Shown piece after piece: positions 8,563-17,572 of a stretch of DNA of 64,000 nt. The stretch comes from an uncultured Acidobacteriaceae bacterium (GTDB taxonomy: Bacteria > Acidobacteriota > Terriglobia > Terriglobales > Acidobacteriaceae). The notes beneath the pieces were generated by a model. That model made no database searches, had not been told where the DNA came from, and saw only the letters and a list, made by a program, of their open reading frames with translations. Numbering within the stretch: the first letter of the stretch is position 1; every line of letters starts with the position of its first letter. The stretch covers positions 39,785 through 103,784 of the forward strand of contig CAVYWE010000006.1 in assembly GCA_963772195.1 (NCBI GenBank). The letters run 5' to 3'. The position numbers and the translations under genes were made by a program.

Positions 8563-8632
8563 CATAAGTATAGCGCAGAGTCCGAGCCATCGCGGAGATG
8601 ACTGCGGTGCGAAGTTGGACGCGAGTATGAGG

Positions 8633-9064
8633 TTAGAAAACACCCAGCCAGCGTACGGGGAAGCGGCTTCCGAGGGCGTTCACCAGGCGCTCGTCGGCGG
8701 TGATGAGTTCAGTCCCAGTGGCAACGGCCATCGCAACGTAAGTGCTGTCGTAAATGGTTCGATCAAAATCGGCGGCAATTTTAAATGCTTCCAGCAGAAA
8801 GGCTCGACTTGGCAACGTCGGAAAGTCGCGATTGAACATTGCTTCTAGCGCGCGCCGGGCCAATGGAGAAGTAATCGCGCCACGCTTTGCCGCTTTCCAG
8901 AGAAAGCTTCCGATCTCGAGCCAGAACAAGTCTGGAACGATCACTTTGATGGTTCCGTCCACATAAGCGCGAAGAAAGCGGTCCGCGCGATCAGCGAGAG
9001 GCTCGATGATCTCGGGCGACGCCCACTTCGCGCCGACGCTGGCATCCATTACGAACGTCTTCAC
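8633..9064 (-). CDS. vapC: PIN-domain toxin, VapC family
   Basis: 143 aa. FVMDASV at the N-terminus, IYDSTYVAMA and LITADERL acidic PIN residues. 4-bp overlap with the upstream antitoxin. Confidence 0.85.
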   Translation of the reverse strand: MKTFVMDASVGAKWASPEIIEPLADRADRFLRAYVDGTIKVIVPDLFWLEIGSFLWKAAKRGAITSPLARRALEAMFNRDFPTLPSRAFLLEAFKIAADFDRTIYDSTYVAMAVATGTELITADERLVNALGSRFPVRWLGVF

Positions 9065-9312
9065 CGCTCGCGGTCCTCACGGATCATCTCTTCTGCCGAA
9101 GGGAACGGCCCCTTGCCGGGAGGCTTGTGCGCTTGAATTTCCCTCAATTCGTCATAGAATTGCCGGCGTCGTTTTAGTTCAGCTGCGGTGGGCACGGTGT
9201 CTTTCAGCATCTCGATCACTTCGGCGGCGATGGAGCTACGGTTCTTTCGGGCGCGGGCGCGCAGGGCTTCATAGAGGTCTTTGGGCACGTTTTCCACGTA
9301 TAGGGTTGGCAT
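9061..9312 (-). CDS. ribbon-helix-helix antitoxin (FitA/VapB-like)
   Basis: MPTLYVENVPKDLYEALRARARKNRSSIAAEVIEML is a typical Arc/FitA-type RHH N-terminus. Overlaps the vapC start. Confidence 0.8.
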   Translation of the reverse strand: MPTLYVENVPKDLYEALRARARKNRSSIAAEVIEMLKDTVPTAAELKRRRQFYDELREIQAHKPPGKGPFPSAEEMIREDRER

Positions 9313-9358
9313 AGGGACAGTCTAGCATACCCCTAGACTACGATTGCCAGCCGCTCGC

Positions 9359-9387
9359 TTGACACCGCTATTTTTGGCCTTTATTGT
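9359..9387 (+). promoter_or_regulatory. sigma-70-type promoter candidate for yceD-rpmF-plsX-fabD
   Basis: TTGACA (9359-9364), a 17-nt spacer, then TATTGT (9382-9387), about 95 nt upstream of yceD. Confidence 0.4.
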
Positions 9388-9480
9388 TAGTAATTGCTCC
9401 CTGAGAGACTTTCGTCTCTGTGCGCACTTCCGCGGGCCTTTGCGGTAATTTAAGTGGGGGCGGCGGAGGTTCCAGTTTCA

Positions 9481-10032
9481 ATGCTCATCGAACTTGAGGA
9501 TCTGGAGATTCATCCGGTCGATTTCCGGGAGGAGTTCGGCCCGGGCGTGATTGATCTAGGTGCAGAGGTCCGGCAGCGGTCGCCGCTGCGCAGCGAAGGC
9601 CGGGCGGATCTGGTCGAAGAGCATCACGGCAAGCACAAGGTGGTGCAGGACATCCGGGTAAAGGGCAAGCTGGAGACGAGCCTGGAAGTGGCTTGTGCGC
9701 GATGTCTCGATCCGGTGGTGCACCAGGTCGAGCGCAGTTTCGATCTTCTGTACCGGCCGATCGGAACTGACTCCGGCCACGAAGAGCTTTCGGTCACTGA
9801 CGCCGAGGCCGAGATCGGGTACTACCAGGGCCAAGGGTTGTTGCTGGAAGACACGTTGCGCGAGCAGGTGCTGCTGGCGCTGCCATTGAAAACGCTTTGC
9901 CGCGAAGATTGCAGAGGCTTGTGTCCGCATTGTGGTAAGAACTTGAATGAAATTCAGTGCTCGTGCGTGGACGAGGTCGAGGATCCGCGATGGTCGGCGC
10001 TGAAAGAGATACGGGATAAGTTGAATCAATAA
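9481..10032 (+). CDS. yceD: YceD/DUF177 family protein (23S rRNA accumulation protein)
   Basis: Conserved position upstream of rpmF. C-terminal Cys cluster CREDCRGLCPHCGKNLN. ATG 9481 is preceded by GGAGG (the track starts at GTG 9454). Confidence 0.85.
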   Translation: MLIELEDLEIHPVDFREEFGPGVIDLGAEVRQRSPLRSEGRADLVEEHHGKHKVVQDIRVKGKLETSLEVACARCLDPVVHQVERSFDLLYRPIGTDSGHEELSVTDAEAEIGYYQGQGLLLEDTLREQVLLALPLKTLCREDCRGLCPHCGKNLNEIQCSCVDEVEDPRWSALKEIRDKLNQ

Positions 10033-10046
10033 AGGAACTAAGAAAA

Positions 10047-10232
10047 ATGCCGAATCCGAAACGCAGACATTCCCAGAAGCGCACCGCCACCCGGCGCGCG
10101 CACGACTCGCTCTCAAAGCACTCGCTGTCGGAGTGTCCAAACTGCCACGAACAGAAGATGCCACACCGCGCTTGCCCGAAGTGCGGAACCTACAAGGGCC
10201 GTGAAGTTATAGAGGTCGAAGAGAAGTCATAG
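10047..10232 (+). CDS. rpmF: 50S ribosomal protein L32
   Basis: MPNPKRRHSQKRTATRRAH plus zinc-ribbon CPNC...CPKCG. Confidence 0.95.
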   Translation: MPNPKRRHSQKRTATRRAHDSLSKHSLSECPNCHEQKMPHRACPKCGTYKGREVIEVEEKS

Positions 10233-10279
10233 TGCAGAAGTCGGTTTAGACATCGGTTTAGAAGTCCCAGTTTCCTTCC

Positions 10280-11293
10280 ATGCCTAGCGTAATCGCTCTG
10301 GACGCGATGGGGTCCGACAAAGCGCCGAAGCCGGAGATCGAAGGCGCATTGCAGGCGGCGCGCCATCACGGCGTCCGCGTGCTTCTGGTCGGCCCGGGAC
10401 CGCGGCTGAAGGCCGACCTGGCGCGCTATCCCGGGGCGCGGCGGCTGCCGGTTGAAGTGGTTCACGCCAGCGAAGTCATCACCATGGACGACAAAGTGGA
10501 GGCGATCCGCGGCAAGCGCGATTCGTCAATCCGCGTAGGACTGCGACTGGTGCGCGAGGGGCGCGCCGCGGGCTTCGTGACGGCGGGCAATACGGGCGCT
10601 GCCATGGCCACGGCCAAAGTGGTGCTGGGCGCGTTGCCCGGCGTGGATCGTCCGGCGCTGGCGGCGGCGTTTCCCACGGTCCTGAACACGGCGGCCATTC
10701 TGCTTGACGTCGGCGCGAACGTGGATTGCACTCCCGTTAACCTGGAGCAGTTCGCGGTGATGGGCGATATTTATTGCCGTTCGATATTCGGCATGAAGCA
10801 TCCGCGAGTGGGCCTGCTTTCGATCGGAGAAGAAGAAAGCAAAGGCAACGACCTGACCCGCGCCGCGTTTAAACTGCTCAAGCGGCTTCCGATCAACTTT
10901 ATTGGCAATGTGGAAGGCCGCGACTTATATAACGGCGATGTGGACGTGATCGTCGCCGACGGATTCGTCGGTAATGTTGCGTTAAAAACTTCTGAGGGCG
11001 TCGCAAGACTGGTGCGCGCCGTGCTGAAAGAAACCTTGAAGTCGACGATTACGCGGCAGGTCGGCGCGTATCTTTCGCGCAATGCGTTTTCCGATTTCAA
11101 AAAGCGCCTGGATCACACCGAGTATGGCGGCGCGCCGCTGTTGGGCATAAAAGGCGTCTGCATCATCACGCACGGATCGTCGAATACCAATGCCATCAAG
11201 AACGCGGTGCGAGTGGCGGCGGAATTTGCCGAAGGCAAAGTGAACCAAACCATCGAGCGGGAGCTGGCAGAACTGAGCGTGGCTGCGACCTAG
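10280..11293 (+). CDS. plsX: phosphate acyltransferase PlsX
   Basis: [32 protein letters not shown] and GAPLLGIKG are PlsX signature blocks. Confidence 0.95.
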   Translation: MPSVIALDAMGSDKAPKPEIEGALQAARHHGVRVLLVGPGPRLKADLARYPGARRLPVEVVHASEVITMDDKVEAIRGKRDSSIRVGLRLVREGRAAGFVTAGNTGAAMATAKVVLGALPGVDRPALAAAFPTVLNTAAILLDVGANVDCTPVNLEQFAVMGDIYCRSIFGMKHPRVGLLSIGEEESKGNDLTRAAFKLLKRLPINFIGNVEGRDLYNGDVDVIVADGFVGNVALKTSEGVARLVRAVLKETLKSTITRQVGAYLSRNAFSDFKKRLDHTEYGGAPLLGIKGVCIITHGSSNTNAIKNAVRVAAEFAEGKVNQTIERELAELSVAAT

Positions 11294-11402
11294 GAAGTCA
11301 GAGGTCAGAGATCAGATTGCAGAGGTGAAAACCGCGCGATTGCCGATGGTGTTTGCGCGATGGCTTTGACCTCTGCAATCTGACCTCTAACCTCTGACCT
11401 CG
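11292..11402. repeat. intercistronic long hairpin built from tandem 7-nt units (NTCAGAG type)
   Basis: Left arm gaagtcagaggtcagagatcagattgcagaggtgaaa pairs with right arm tttgacctctgcaatctgacctctaacctctgacctc (about 38 bp, few mismatches). Fills the plsX-fabD gap. Confidence 0.75.
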
Positions 11403-11410
11403 TTCCTAAT

Positions 11411-12379
11411 ATGACAAATAGTTCTTCTCGAATCGCCTTCCTCTTTCCCGGCCAGGGCTCGCAAGCCGTTGGCATGGGCAAAGAGCTGGCCGCCAATTAT
11501 CCGGTTGCGCGCCGAACTTTTGAGGAAGCGGATGAGGCGCTTGGCTTCAAACTATCGCAGCTTTGCTTTGAAGGTCCGGAAGAAAAATTGAAGCTGACCG
11601 AGATCACGCAGCCCGCAATTCTGACAGCGTCGGTGGCGGCGTGGCGCGTGCTGCAGGAAAAAGCTCCGAAGCTAGACTTTATTGCCGGCTATGTTGCCGG
11701 GCACAGCCTGGGCGAATATTCGGCGCACGTGGCCGCGGGTACGCTGGCGTTTGCCGACGCGGTGCGGACGGTTCGTAGTCGCGGTAAGTATATGCAGGAA
11801 GCGGTGCCGGTGGGCGTGGGCGCCATGGCGGCGATTCTTGGAATGACGCTTGACCAGGTCACCGAGATTGCGACCGAAGCAGCGCGCGGAGAAGTTTGTC
11901 AGGCAGCCAATATCAATTCGCCCGAGCAAATCGTGATCTCGGGGCATGCCGGCGCTGTGGACCGCGCCATCAAATTAGCCACCGAACGCGGAGCGAAGAA
12001 GGCCGTGAGCCTGCCGGTCAGCGCTCCTTTCCATTGTTCGCTGATGCAACCGGCGCAGGATCGTCTGGCGGCAGACCTCGGCGCGCTGAATTTTCAGAAT
12101 CCGTCGTGCCCTGTGGTGTGCAACGTTGATGCCGCTGTTGTCGTTTCCGCAGAGGCTTCGCGCGACGCCTTGATTCGCCAGGTCACCGGCGCGGTGAGGT
12201 GGGAGCCGTCGGTGCGGCTGCTGATCGATAAGGGAGCCAGCCTGTTTATCGAAGTCGGCCCAGGAAAAGTTCTGTGGGGACTGATGCGGCAGATCGACCG
12301 CTCGAAGACCTGCGTGACGGTGGGAGATGAGGCGTCCCTGCGGAAGACATTGGCGCAGGTTGCGGCAACGGCAGCGTGA
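11411..12379 (+). CDS. fabD: malonyl-CoA:ACP transacylase
   Basis: FLFPGQGSQAVGMG and the active-site GHSLGEYSA motif. Confidence 0.95.
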   Translation: MTNSSSRIAFLFPGQGSQAVGMGKELAANYPVARRTFEEADEALGFKLSQLCFEGPEEKLKLTEITQPAILTASVAAWRVLQEKAPKLDFIAGYVAGHSLGEYSAHVAAGTLAFADAVRTVRSRGKYMQEAVPVGVGAMAAILGMTLDQVTEIATEAARGEVCQAANINSPEQIVISGHAGAVDRAIKLATERGAKKAVSLPVSAPFHCSLMQPAQDRLAADLGALNFQNPSCPVVCNVDAAVVVSAEASRDALIRQVTGAVRWEPSVRLLIDKGASLFIEVGPGKVLWGLMRQIDRSKTCVTVGDEASLRKTLAQVAATAA

Positions 12380-12387
12380 GATGGTCT

Positions 12388-13431
12388 TCAGTCGCCGAAC
12401 AGATGCTTCGCCATCGCATCTGCAATATCCCTGACCGGGGAATCCTCCTCATTCGACAAAACAATAATGACGACATGCTGATCAGGATAGCGTGCCTCGA
12501 AAGCTGCGAATCCAGGGTCCCCGCCTTCGTGATAAATCTTCCGACGTGGTGAGGTTTCAACAAACCAGCCATAGCCGTAGTTACCAGGTGGGTGTGCTGT
12601 GAACATTAACTCAAGCGCATGCGCGCTTAATAATCCCGGTGAATCTAGAGCCTTGTTCCAGCGGAGTAGATCTTCCGCGGTGGTATAGATTCCGCCGGCG
12701 CCAGTTTCCATACTACGGTCAAAATATTCCCGGTGGCGCAGAGTGCTAGCCTCACGTGAATATCCCTCTGACATTTGTGGCACGATGGCTGCCATCGTCG
12801 CAAACCCTGAATGAGTCATCTTCGAGGGTTCGAAAATATGATGGGCTAAATACGCGGCGTACGACTCTCCAGAAAGCTTCTCGATGACGAAGGCGAGCAG
12901 GTAGTATTCCGTGTTCCTGTATTTCCATGAGCTACCTGGCTGGAAGCCCAGGGGACGATCGCGAAAGGTCTTAATCTGTTCCTCTGTTGTGTAGGGCGTG
13001 CATCTACCTTTGTAGAAGTTTTCCCATTCGTTCTCGGGGAGCCCGGAGGTATGCGTCAGAAGGTGATGGATCGTCATACCCTTCCAGCTCGGAGGGCTCT
13101 CAGGGTAGTACTTGCTGACCGGATCCTCGACATTCAATTTGCCGTTGTCGGCTAGCTGCAGGATTGCAGCCGCGGTGAATTGCTTGGTCAACGACGCGAT
13201 CTCGAATTTCGTCTCCAAGGAGTTAGGGATCTGCCATTCTTCGACTGCCGCGCCATAGCTCTTCTCGACGAGCACTTGGCCATTCCGCTCGGCCGCAATA
13301 GTCCCACGAAAGTGTTTGGCAGGAGCGAGGCCCTTTACATATGCATCGGTCCATTCTCCCAAATCGTGGGACCAGGAGAGAGCCGCAAAGCTGAGGGCAC
13401 CCAACAGGACGAGAAACCATTTTCGACTCAT
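12388..13431 (-). CDS. serine hydrolase, class-C beta-lactamase/PBP4* family, secreted
   Basis: Signal peptide MSRKWFLVLLGALSFAALS, SxxK active site (ASLTKQF), YxN-like context. Start set to ATG 13431. The 529-aa track ORF extension overlaps the next gene. Confidence 0.85.
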   Translation of the reverse strand: MSRKWFLVLLGALSFAALSWSHDLGEWTDAYVKGLAPAKHFRGTIAAERNGQVLVEKSYGAAVEEWQIPNSLETKFEIASLTKQFTAAAILQLADNGKLNVEDPVSKYYPESPPSWKGMTIHHLLTHTSGLPENEWENFYKGRCTPYTTEEQIKTFRDRPLGFQPGSSWKYRNTEYYLLAFVIEKLSGESYAAYLAHHIFEPSKMTHSGFATMAAIVPQMSEGYSREASTLRHREYFDRSMETGAGGIYTTAEDLLRWNKALDSPGLLSAHALELMFTAHPPGNYGYGWFVETSPRRKIYHEGGDPGFAAFEARYPDQHVVIIVLSNEEDSPVRDIADAMAKHLFGD

Positions 13432-13520
13432 CGCGTTCAAGGCTCCGTTCCGAAATCCGTCATTTCTTGATTCCAGCAATGGCGGGTTGCTCTTGTAAGC
13501 CGGGCCCCGTCCCACACAAT

Positions 13521-13967
13521 CTAGTACGGATACACGGTCAGCGTTTTGTCTGATTTCTGCACGAACATGCGGGCGTGCTCGGCGCGCTCGTTGACAACGA
13601 CCTCGACTACGACCCCTCCGCTGCCAAAACCTTTTGTATTGGCCGATCCGTAGATTCTGTGGGACTTGACGAGACCCCACTCGCCGCCCGGTCCCCAATC
13701 GCGATAGAAGTCCGCGTAAGTGTACTGAGAATATTTCTGCTGATGCTTTTGCCATGTGGGATCGTTGAAATAAATGGCGTAGGCGGTTTCGTAATCCTGG
13801 CGCTGAAGCGCGGCGAAGAACTTGTCCACGCTGTGCTCCTCTGGCCAGTTGCGATACATCCAGGCCACTGCGGCCAGAGCGACTACGATCATCACCGTAA
13901 CCGTGATCTTGATCTTCCGCCGCCGCGCCTTCGCGGCGTCGTAGGGATGGGCGTCGAGCAGGGTCAT
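13521..13967 (-). CDS. hypothetical membrane-anchored protein
   Basis: 148 aa. N-terminal anchor KITVTVMIVVALAAVAWMY followed by a soluble domain. No family recognised. Confidence 0.6.
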   Translation of the reverse strand: MTLLDAHPYDAAKARRRKIKITVTVMIVVALAAVAWMYRNWPEEHSVDKFFAALQRQDYETAYAIYFNDPTWQKHQQKYSQYTYADFYRDWGPGGEWGLVKSHRIYGSANTKGFGSGGVVVEVVVNERAEHARMFVQKSDKTLTVYPY

Positions 13968-14020
13968 AAGTTTCCATTAAGGATAACGGATTCCCGCAGG
14001 ATACAGGTAGGAGAACGACC

Positions 14021-14047
14021 TAAAGCGCAGGATCGAACTGCCGATAT
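14021..14047 (+). promoter_or_regulatory. sigma-28 (FliA)-type promoter upstream of cheY
   Basis: TAAAGCGC, 11 nt, then GCCGATAT. Compare the consensus TAAAGTTT-N11-GCCGATAA. About 75 nt upstream of cheY. Confidence 0.55.
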
Positions 14048-14121
14048 ACATCCAGTGAGTCAGAAAATAGCGGCAGGCGATTTCGTGGTCTGCCCGTGCA
14101 AACCGCAGAGTGGTGGAACCC

Positions 14122-14508
14122 ATGGATAAGATACGAGCGCTCATTGTGGATGACTCCTCGGTGATGCGCAAAATAGTCGAGCGTTCGCTGCGCCAGGCGG
14201 GCATCGAACTGGAAAAGGTTGTGGAAGCCGCCAACGGGGCCGAAGCGCTGGCTGCGTTGCAGAGCAATGTTGTCGACCTCATCCTGTGCGATATCAACAT
14301 GCCGGTCATGGACGGGCTGGAATTTGTCCGTCAGGTCGCCACGGTAGAAACCGCCAAAGGTGTTCCGATCGTCATGATCACCACCGAAGGCAGCGAATCG
14401 CACGTAGTGCAGGCGCTCTCGGCCGGGGCTCGCGGATATATCCGCAAGCCCTTCACTCCCGATCAGGTGAAAGAGCATGTCTTGCCCTTGCTGGGGAAGA
14501 AACCATGA
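14122..14508 (+). CDS. cheY: CheY-like single-domain response regulator
   Basis: ALIVDDSSVMR, phospho-acceptor context LILCDINMPVMDG, ITTEGS, YIRKPF. Confidence 0.85.
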   Translation: MDKIRALIVDDSSVMRKIVERSLRQAGIELEKVVEAANGAEALAALQSNVVDLILCDINMPVMDGLEFVRQVATVETAKGVPIVMITTEGSESHVVQALSAGARGYIRKPFTPDQVKEHVLPLLGKKP

Positions 14509-14987
14509 GTGCCGATGGCGGATTGGCCAGGCGGTCTCACGAGGAGAACTGGCTGCCCATTCTCGAACTTGCGATCCAGGAAGTTTTCGAGATCATGCTG
14601 GGCTGCCAGGTGAAGCCGGTGGCGCCATCCGAGCACGCGGCGAATGCGGAATTCACCGCCATGGTCGGTTTGGCCGGGGCGTTGTGTGGAATTCTGACGG
14701 TCTGCTGCGACGCGAACACCGCCCGCCAGATTGCCACGCGCATGTTGGGGGACGCAGCCAGCTCCGAGGAACAGGCAGCGGATGCGCTCGGAGAGATCTG
14801 CAACATGATCACCGGAAACTTCAAGAACAAGCTGGCGGGCACGGATGAACAATGCATGTTGAGCGTGCCGAGCGTCATCAGCGGCGGGAAGTATAGTTTC
14901 CGCTCGCTGGCCGATGGGGTTTCCATAGAAACCGCCCTGCTGTTTGAGGGGGCGCCGATTTTCGTTCGTCTGCAACTGCACAGCTGA
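14505..14987 (+). CDS. cheX: CheX-like chemotaxis phosphatase (CheC/CheX family)
   Basis: ATG 14505 overlaps the cheY stop (ATGA). LELAIQEVFEIMLG and GEICNMITGNFKN resemble CheX blocks. The upstream part of track ORF 14286..14987 lies inside cheY and is rejected. Confidence 0.7.
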   Translation: MSADGGLARRSHEENWLPILELAIQEVFEIMLGCQVKPVAPSEHAANAEFTAMVGLAGALCGILTVCCDANTARQIATRMLGDAASSEEQAADALGEICNMITGNFKNKLAGTDEQCMLSVPSVISGGKYSFRSLADGVSIETALLFEGAPIFVRLQLHS

Positions 14988-15201
14988 TTCCAGCTAATCC
15001 CAAAAACTCCAAATCTCCTCCAGAAAAGTTTGCCGGGTTTCGCCGGGCAGAGTTTTCCTCGCCGTCAAACTCTAAGACGCTTCCAATGTTTCTACCCCCG
15101 CGGCCACTCCTAAGCGGTTCAGAACAAGGTCCTTTGTGAAAATGTTCCCCATCTCCGTCGTGGCGATTGGCTTGCTTCCTATCCAAGCACAAGGAGCCAA
15201 C

Positions 15202-15951
15202 GTGGACAGCGGATTTTATGCAGCGTGTGCGGGGTTACAAGCGCAAAGCCAGGCGCTTGAAGTGGTGGCGCACAACCTTGCCAATCTGAATACAGCCGGT
15301 TTTCATGGCGACCAGGCGACATTCCAGTCGCTGCTGGCGGTGTCGCGCCCGGCGCTTCCGAATGTCCTTAACCTGGCGACAAACAATTTCGGGGTACTCG
15401 AAGGCACGCATATGGATATGACTGCGGGCAATCTGGAAACGACTGGAAACCCGCTTGATGTGGGAATCGAAGGCGGCGGCTTTTTTGTCATTCAGACCGC
15501 GCGCGGCACACGCTACACCCGCAACGGAAGTTTCCAGGTGTCGAGCAGCGGGGTGCTGGTCACGACGGCGGGCGATCCCGTGTTCGGCGATCCTGCGCTC
15601 GGAGCTAAAGGTGTGATCAACATTCCGGTCGGTCCGGTCTCGATCGCTTCGGATGGGACGCTCTCAGTCAACGGCGCGGTCGCGGGCAGTATCCGGCTGG
15701 TGGAGTTCGCTCCGGGGACGAAGCTCACCCCGGAGGGTCAAACCCTGCTCGCCGCTCCCGAGGGCAGCGCGAAGCTGGCGCTGCAGCCGGCGCTCAGGCA
15801 GGGCGCGATCGAGACTTCGAACGTAAATTCCATCAGTTCGGTGGTGACGCTGATCGGAGTGCAGCGGCAGGCCGAAATGTTGCAGCGCGCCATGACGCTG
15901 TTTGACAACGAATTTAACCGCATTGCCAGCACCGACCTGGCAAAAGTTTAG
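15202..15951 (+). CDS. flgF: flagellar basal-body rod protein FlgF
   Basis: N-terminal rod motif VVAHNLANLNTAGF and C-terminal ETSNVNSISSVVTLIGVQRQAEM. GTG 15202 is preceded by AAGGAG. Confidence 0.85.
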   Translation: MDSGFYAACAGLQAQSQALEVVAHNLANLNTAGFHGDQATFQSLLAVSRPALPNVLNLATNNFGVLEGTHMDMTAGNLETTGNPLDVGIEGGGFFVIQTARGTRYTRNGSFQVSSSGVLVTTAGDPVFGDPALGAKGVINIPVGPVSIASDGTLSVNGAVAGSIRLVEFAPGTKLTPEGQTLLAAPEGSAKLALQPALRQGAIETSNVNSISSVVTLIGVQRQAEMLQRAMTLFDNEFNRIASTDLAKV

Positions 15952-15961
15952 GGAGGAAACC

Positions 15962-16753
15962 ATGTTTCGAGCACTGTACACCGCCGCCAGCGGAATGCAG
16001 GCGCAGCAAATGAATCTGGATACCATTGCCAATAACCTGTCCAACTCCAGCACCGCCGGCTTCCAGAGCCGCCGCATGCAGTTCCAGGATCTGATCTACC
16101 AAAGCATGGTGATGCCGGGTGCGGCCGCCTCCCAGCAAACCACGGTAGCAACAGGCCTGCAGATTGGACTGGGCACGCGCCCGGCCGCCTCCGAAATCAT
16201 TCAGTTGCAGGGCAACATCAATGCGACGGGTAACCCGCTCGATCTGGCCATCGAAGGGCAGGGATTATTTCAGGTGCTGTTGCCGACGGGCGAGACCGCC
16301 TACACGCGCACCGGCGCCTTCCACCAGGACGCGCAAGGCAATGTGGTTACCTCCGACGGGAATCCGCTGCAGCCGGCGGTGACGATACCGGCGGGGGCCA
16401 CTTCGATCACCATCTCACCGGATGGCACTTTGTCGGTCACGCTCGCCGGGCAAACCGCGGCGTAGCAGGTGGGCATCCTGCAACTTGCGCTCTTTCCGAA
16501 TCCCGGCGGATTAAACAGTGTCGGCAAGAATTTGTATCTTGCCACCACCGCTTCGGGAGATCCCGCCGTTGGCACGCCGGGCGGCACCGATGGTTTGGGA
16601 CAGATCGAGCAAGGGTATCTCGAACAGTCGAACGTCAGCGTGGTCGATGAGTTCATCAACATGATCGTGGCGCAGCGTTCCTACGAAGCCAGTTCACGGG
16701 TGGTGGATGCGGCCAATCAAATGTTTCAGCTGGTCAACACCATGGGCAAGTAG
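15962..16753 (+). pseudogene. flgG: flagellar distal rod protein FlgG interrupted by an in-frame TAG
   Basis: Track ORFs 15902..16465 and 16469..16753 are in the same frame and together give a full-length FlgG (IANNLSNSSTAGF ... QGYLEQSNVSVVDEFINMIVAQRSYEA). TAG at 16463-16465 splits it. Confidence 0.8.
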
Positions 16754-16763
16754 AGGGAGCCGA

Positions 16764-17438
16764 GTGATTACGCGATCCATTTTCGCCCGCTTCCTATACG
16801 CCTTCGGAATCCTATTGGGTTCGTTGCTCTTTGCCGGGTTATCGGCCGGACTCTCAGCCGAGGTCTCGGCCGAAGAGTCGCGCCCGCCGCCCGGCACGCC
16901 GCCTACTGCGGCAACCCGGCGGGAAGTGTGGCAGGCGGTGATGGCTGAACTCCAACGAGAAGGGCTGCCGGCACAGCGGTTGCCGCGGATCGAGGATCTC
17001 GAACTGCCGGCGGCTCTCCCGGCGCTTGCTGGACGGAGATTGCGCGTTTCGTCTGCCCGCTGGGACGAGGGGCCTCGACGGACTCAATTCCGCCTGGAAT
17101 GCGGCGAGCCGGGGCAGTGTCTGCCGTTCCTGGTTTACCTCCATGACGCCTATCTCCATAGCTATGTCCGTGACGATCAGAATACGAGCGCGCAAGCCGG
17201 AGCGTGCCGGCCGGCTTCGGAGCCGCGTCGGGCGCCGGAAACCTCGCCGAAACCCGTGTTGCGTGCCGGAGACTGGGCGACGGCGGTATTTCTCTCCAAC
17301 CGTTTGCGGATGACCGCCAGTGTGACTTGTCTGGAGCGAGGCCGCGAAGGCGAAGTCATTCGCGTGCGCAGCCAGGATGGACGCGTTTTCCGGGCGCGGA
17401 TTTCGGGTCCTGCCCGCCTGGAAGTTTTGCCGCAGTAA
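16764..17438 (+). CDS. flgA: flagellar P-ring assembly chaperone FlgA
   Basis: Signal-like N-terminus and C-terminal SAF-type block VLRAGDWATAVF...GREGEVIRVRSQDGRVFRARI. GTG 16764 follows GAGGGAG. Confidence 0.7.
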   Translation: MITRSIFARFLYAFGILLGSLLFAGLSAGLSAEVSAEESRPPPGTPPTAATRREVWQAVMAELQREGLPAQRLPRIEDLELPAALPALAGRRLRVSSARWDEGPRRTQFRLECGEPGQCLPFLVYLHDAYLHSYVRDDQNTSAQAGACRPASEPRRAPETSPKPVLRAGDWATAVFLSNRLRMTASVTCLERGREGEVIRVRSQDGRVFRARISGPARLEVLPQ

Positions 17439-17450
17439 TGAGCAAATGAG

Positions 17451-17516
17451 TAGAGACGGGGCTTGCCCCGTCTCAGGCAGCGCGGCACTGCCGAGACGCG
17501 GCAAGCCGCGTCTCTA
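17451..17516. repeat. GC-rich double hairpin repeat (GTAGAGAC family)
   Basis: tagagacggggcttgccccgtctc ... gagacgcggcaagccgcgtctcta. Two stem-loops whose outer ends also pair. Lies between flgA and flgH. Confidence 0.75.
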
Positions 17517-17572
17517 CCGATGAGAATTCTTGTGAGCATCTGTAGTTAGTAAGTCAACCGAGGAGGACGTAA

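Noticed and set aside
12388-13977. 529-aa ORF merging the beta-lactamase-family gene with upstream sequence
   Set aside because: The N-terminal 182 residues are Arg-rich nonsense. They overlap, in another frame, the well-formed 148-aa gene at 13521..13967. The signal peptide starting at ATG 13431 marks the true start.
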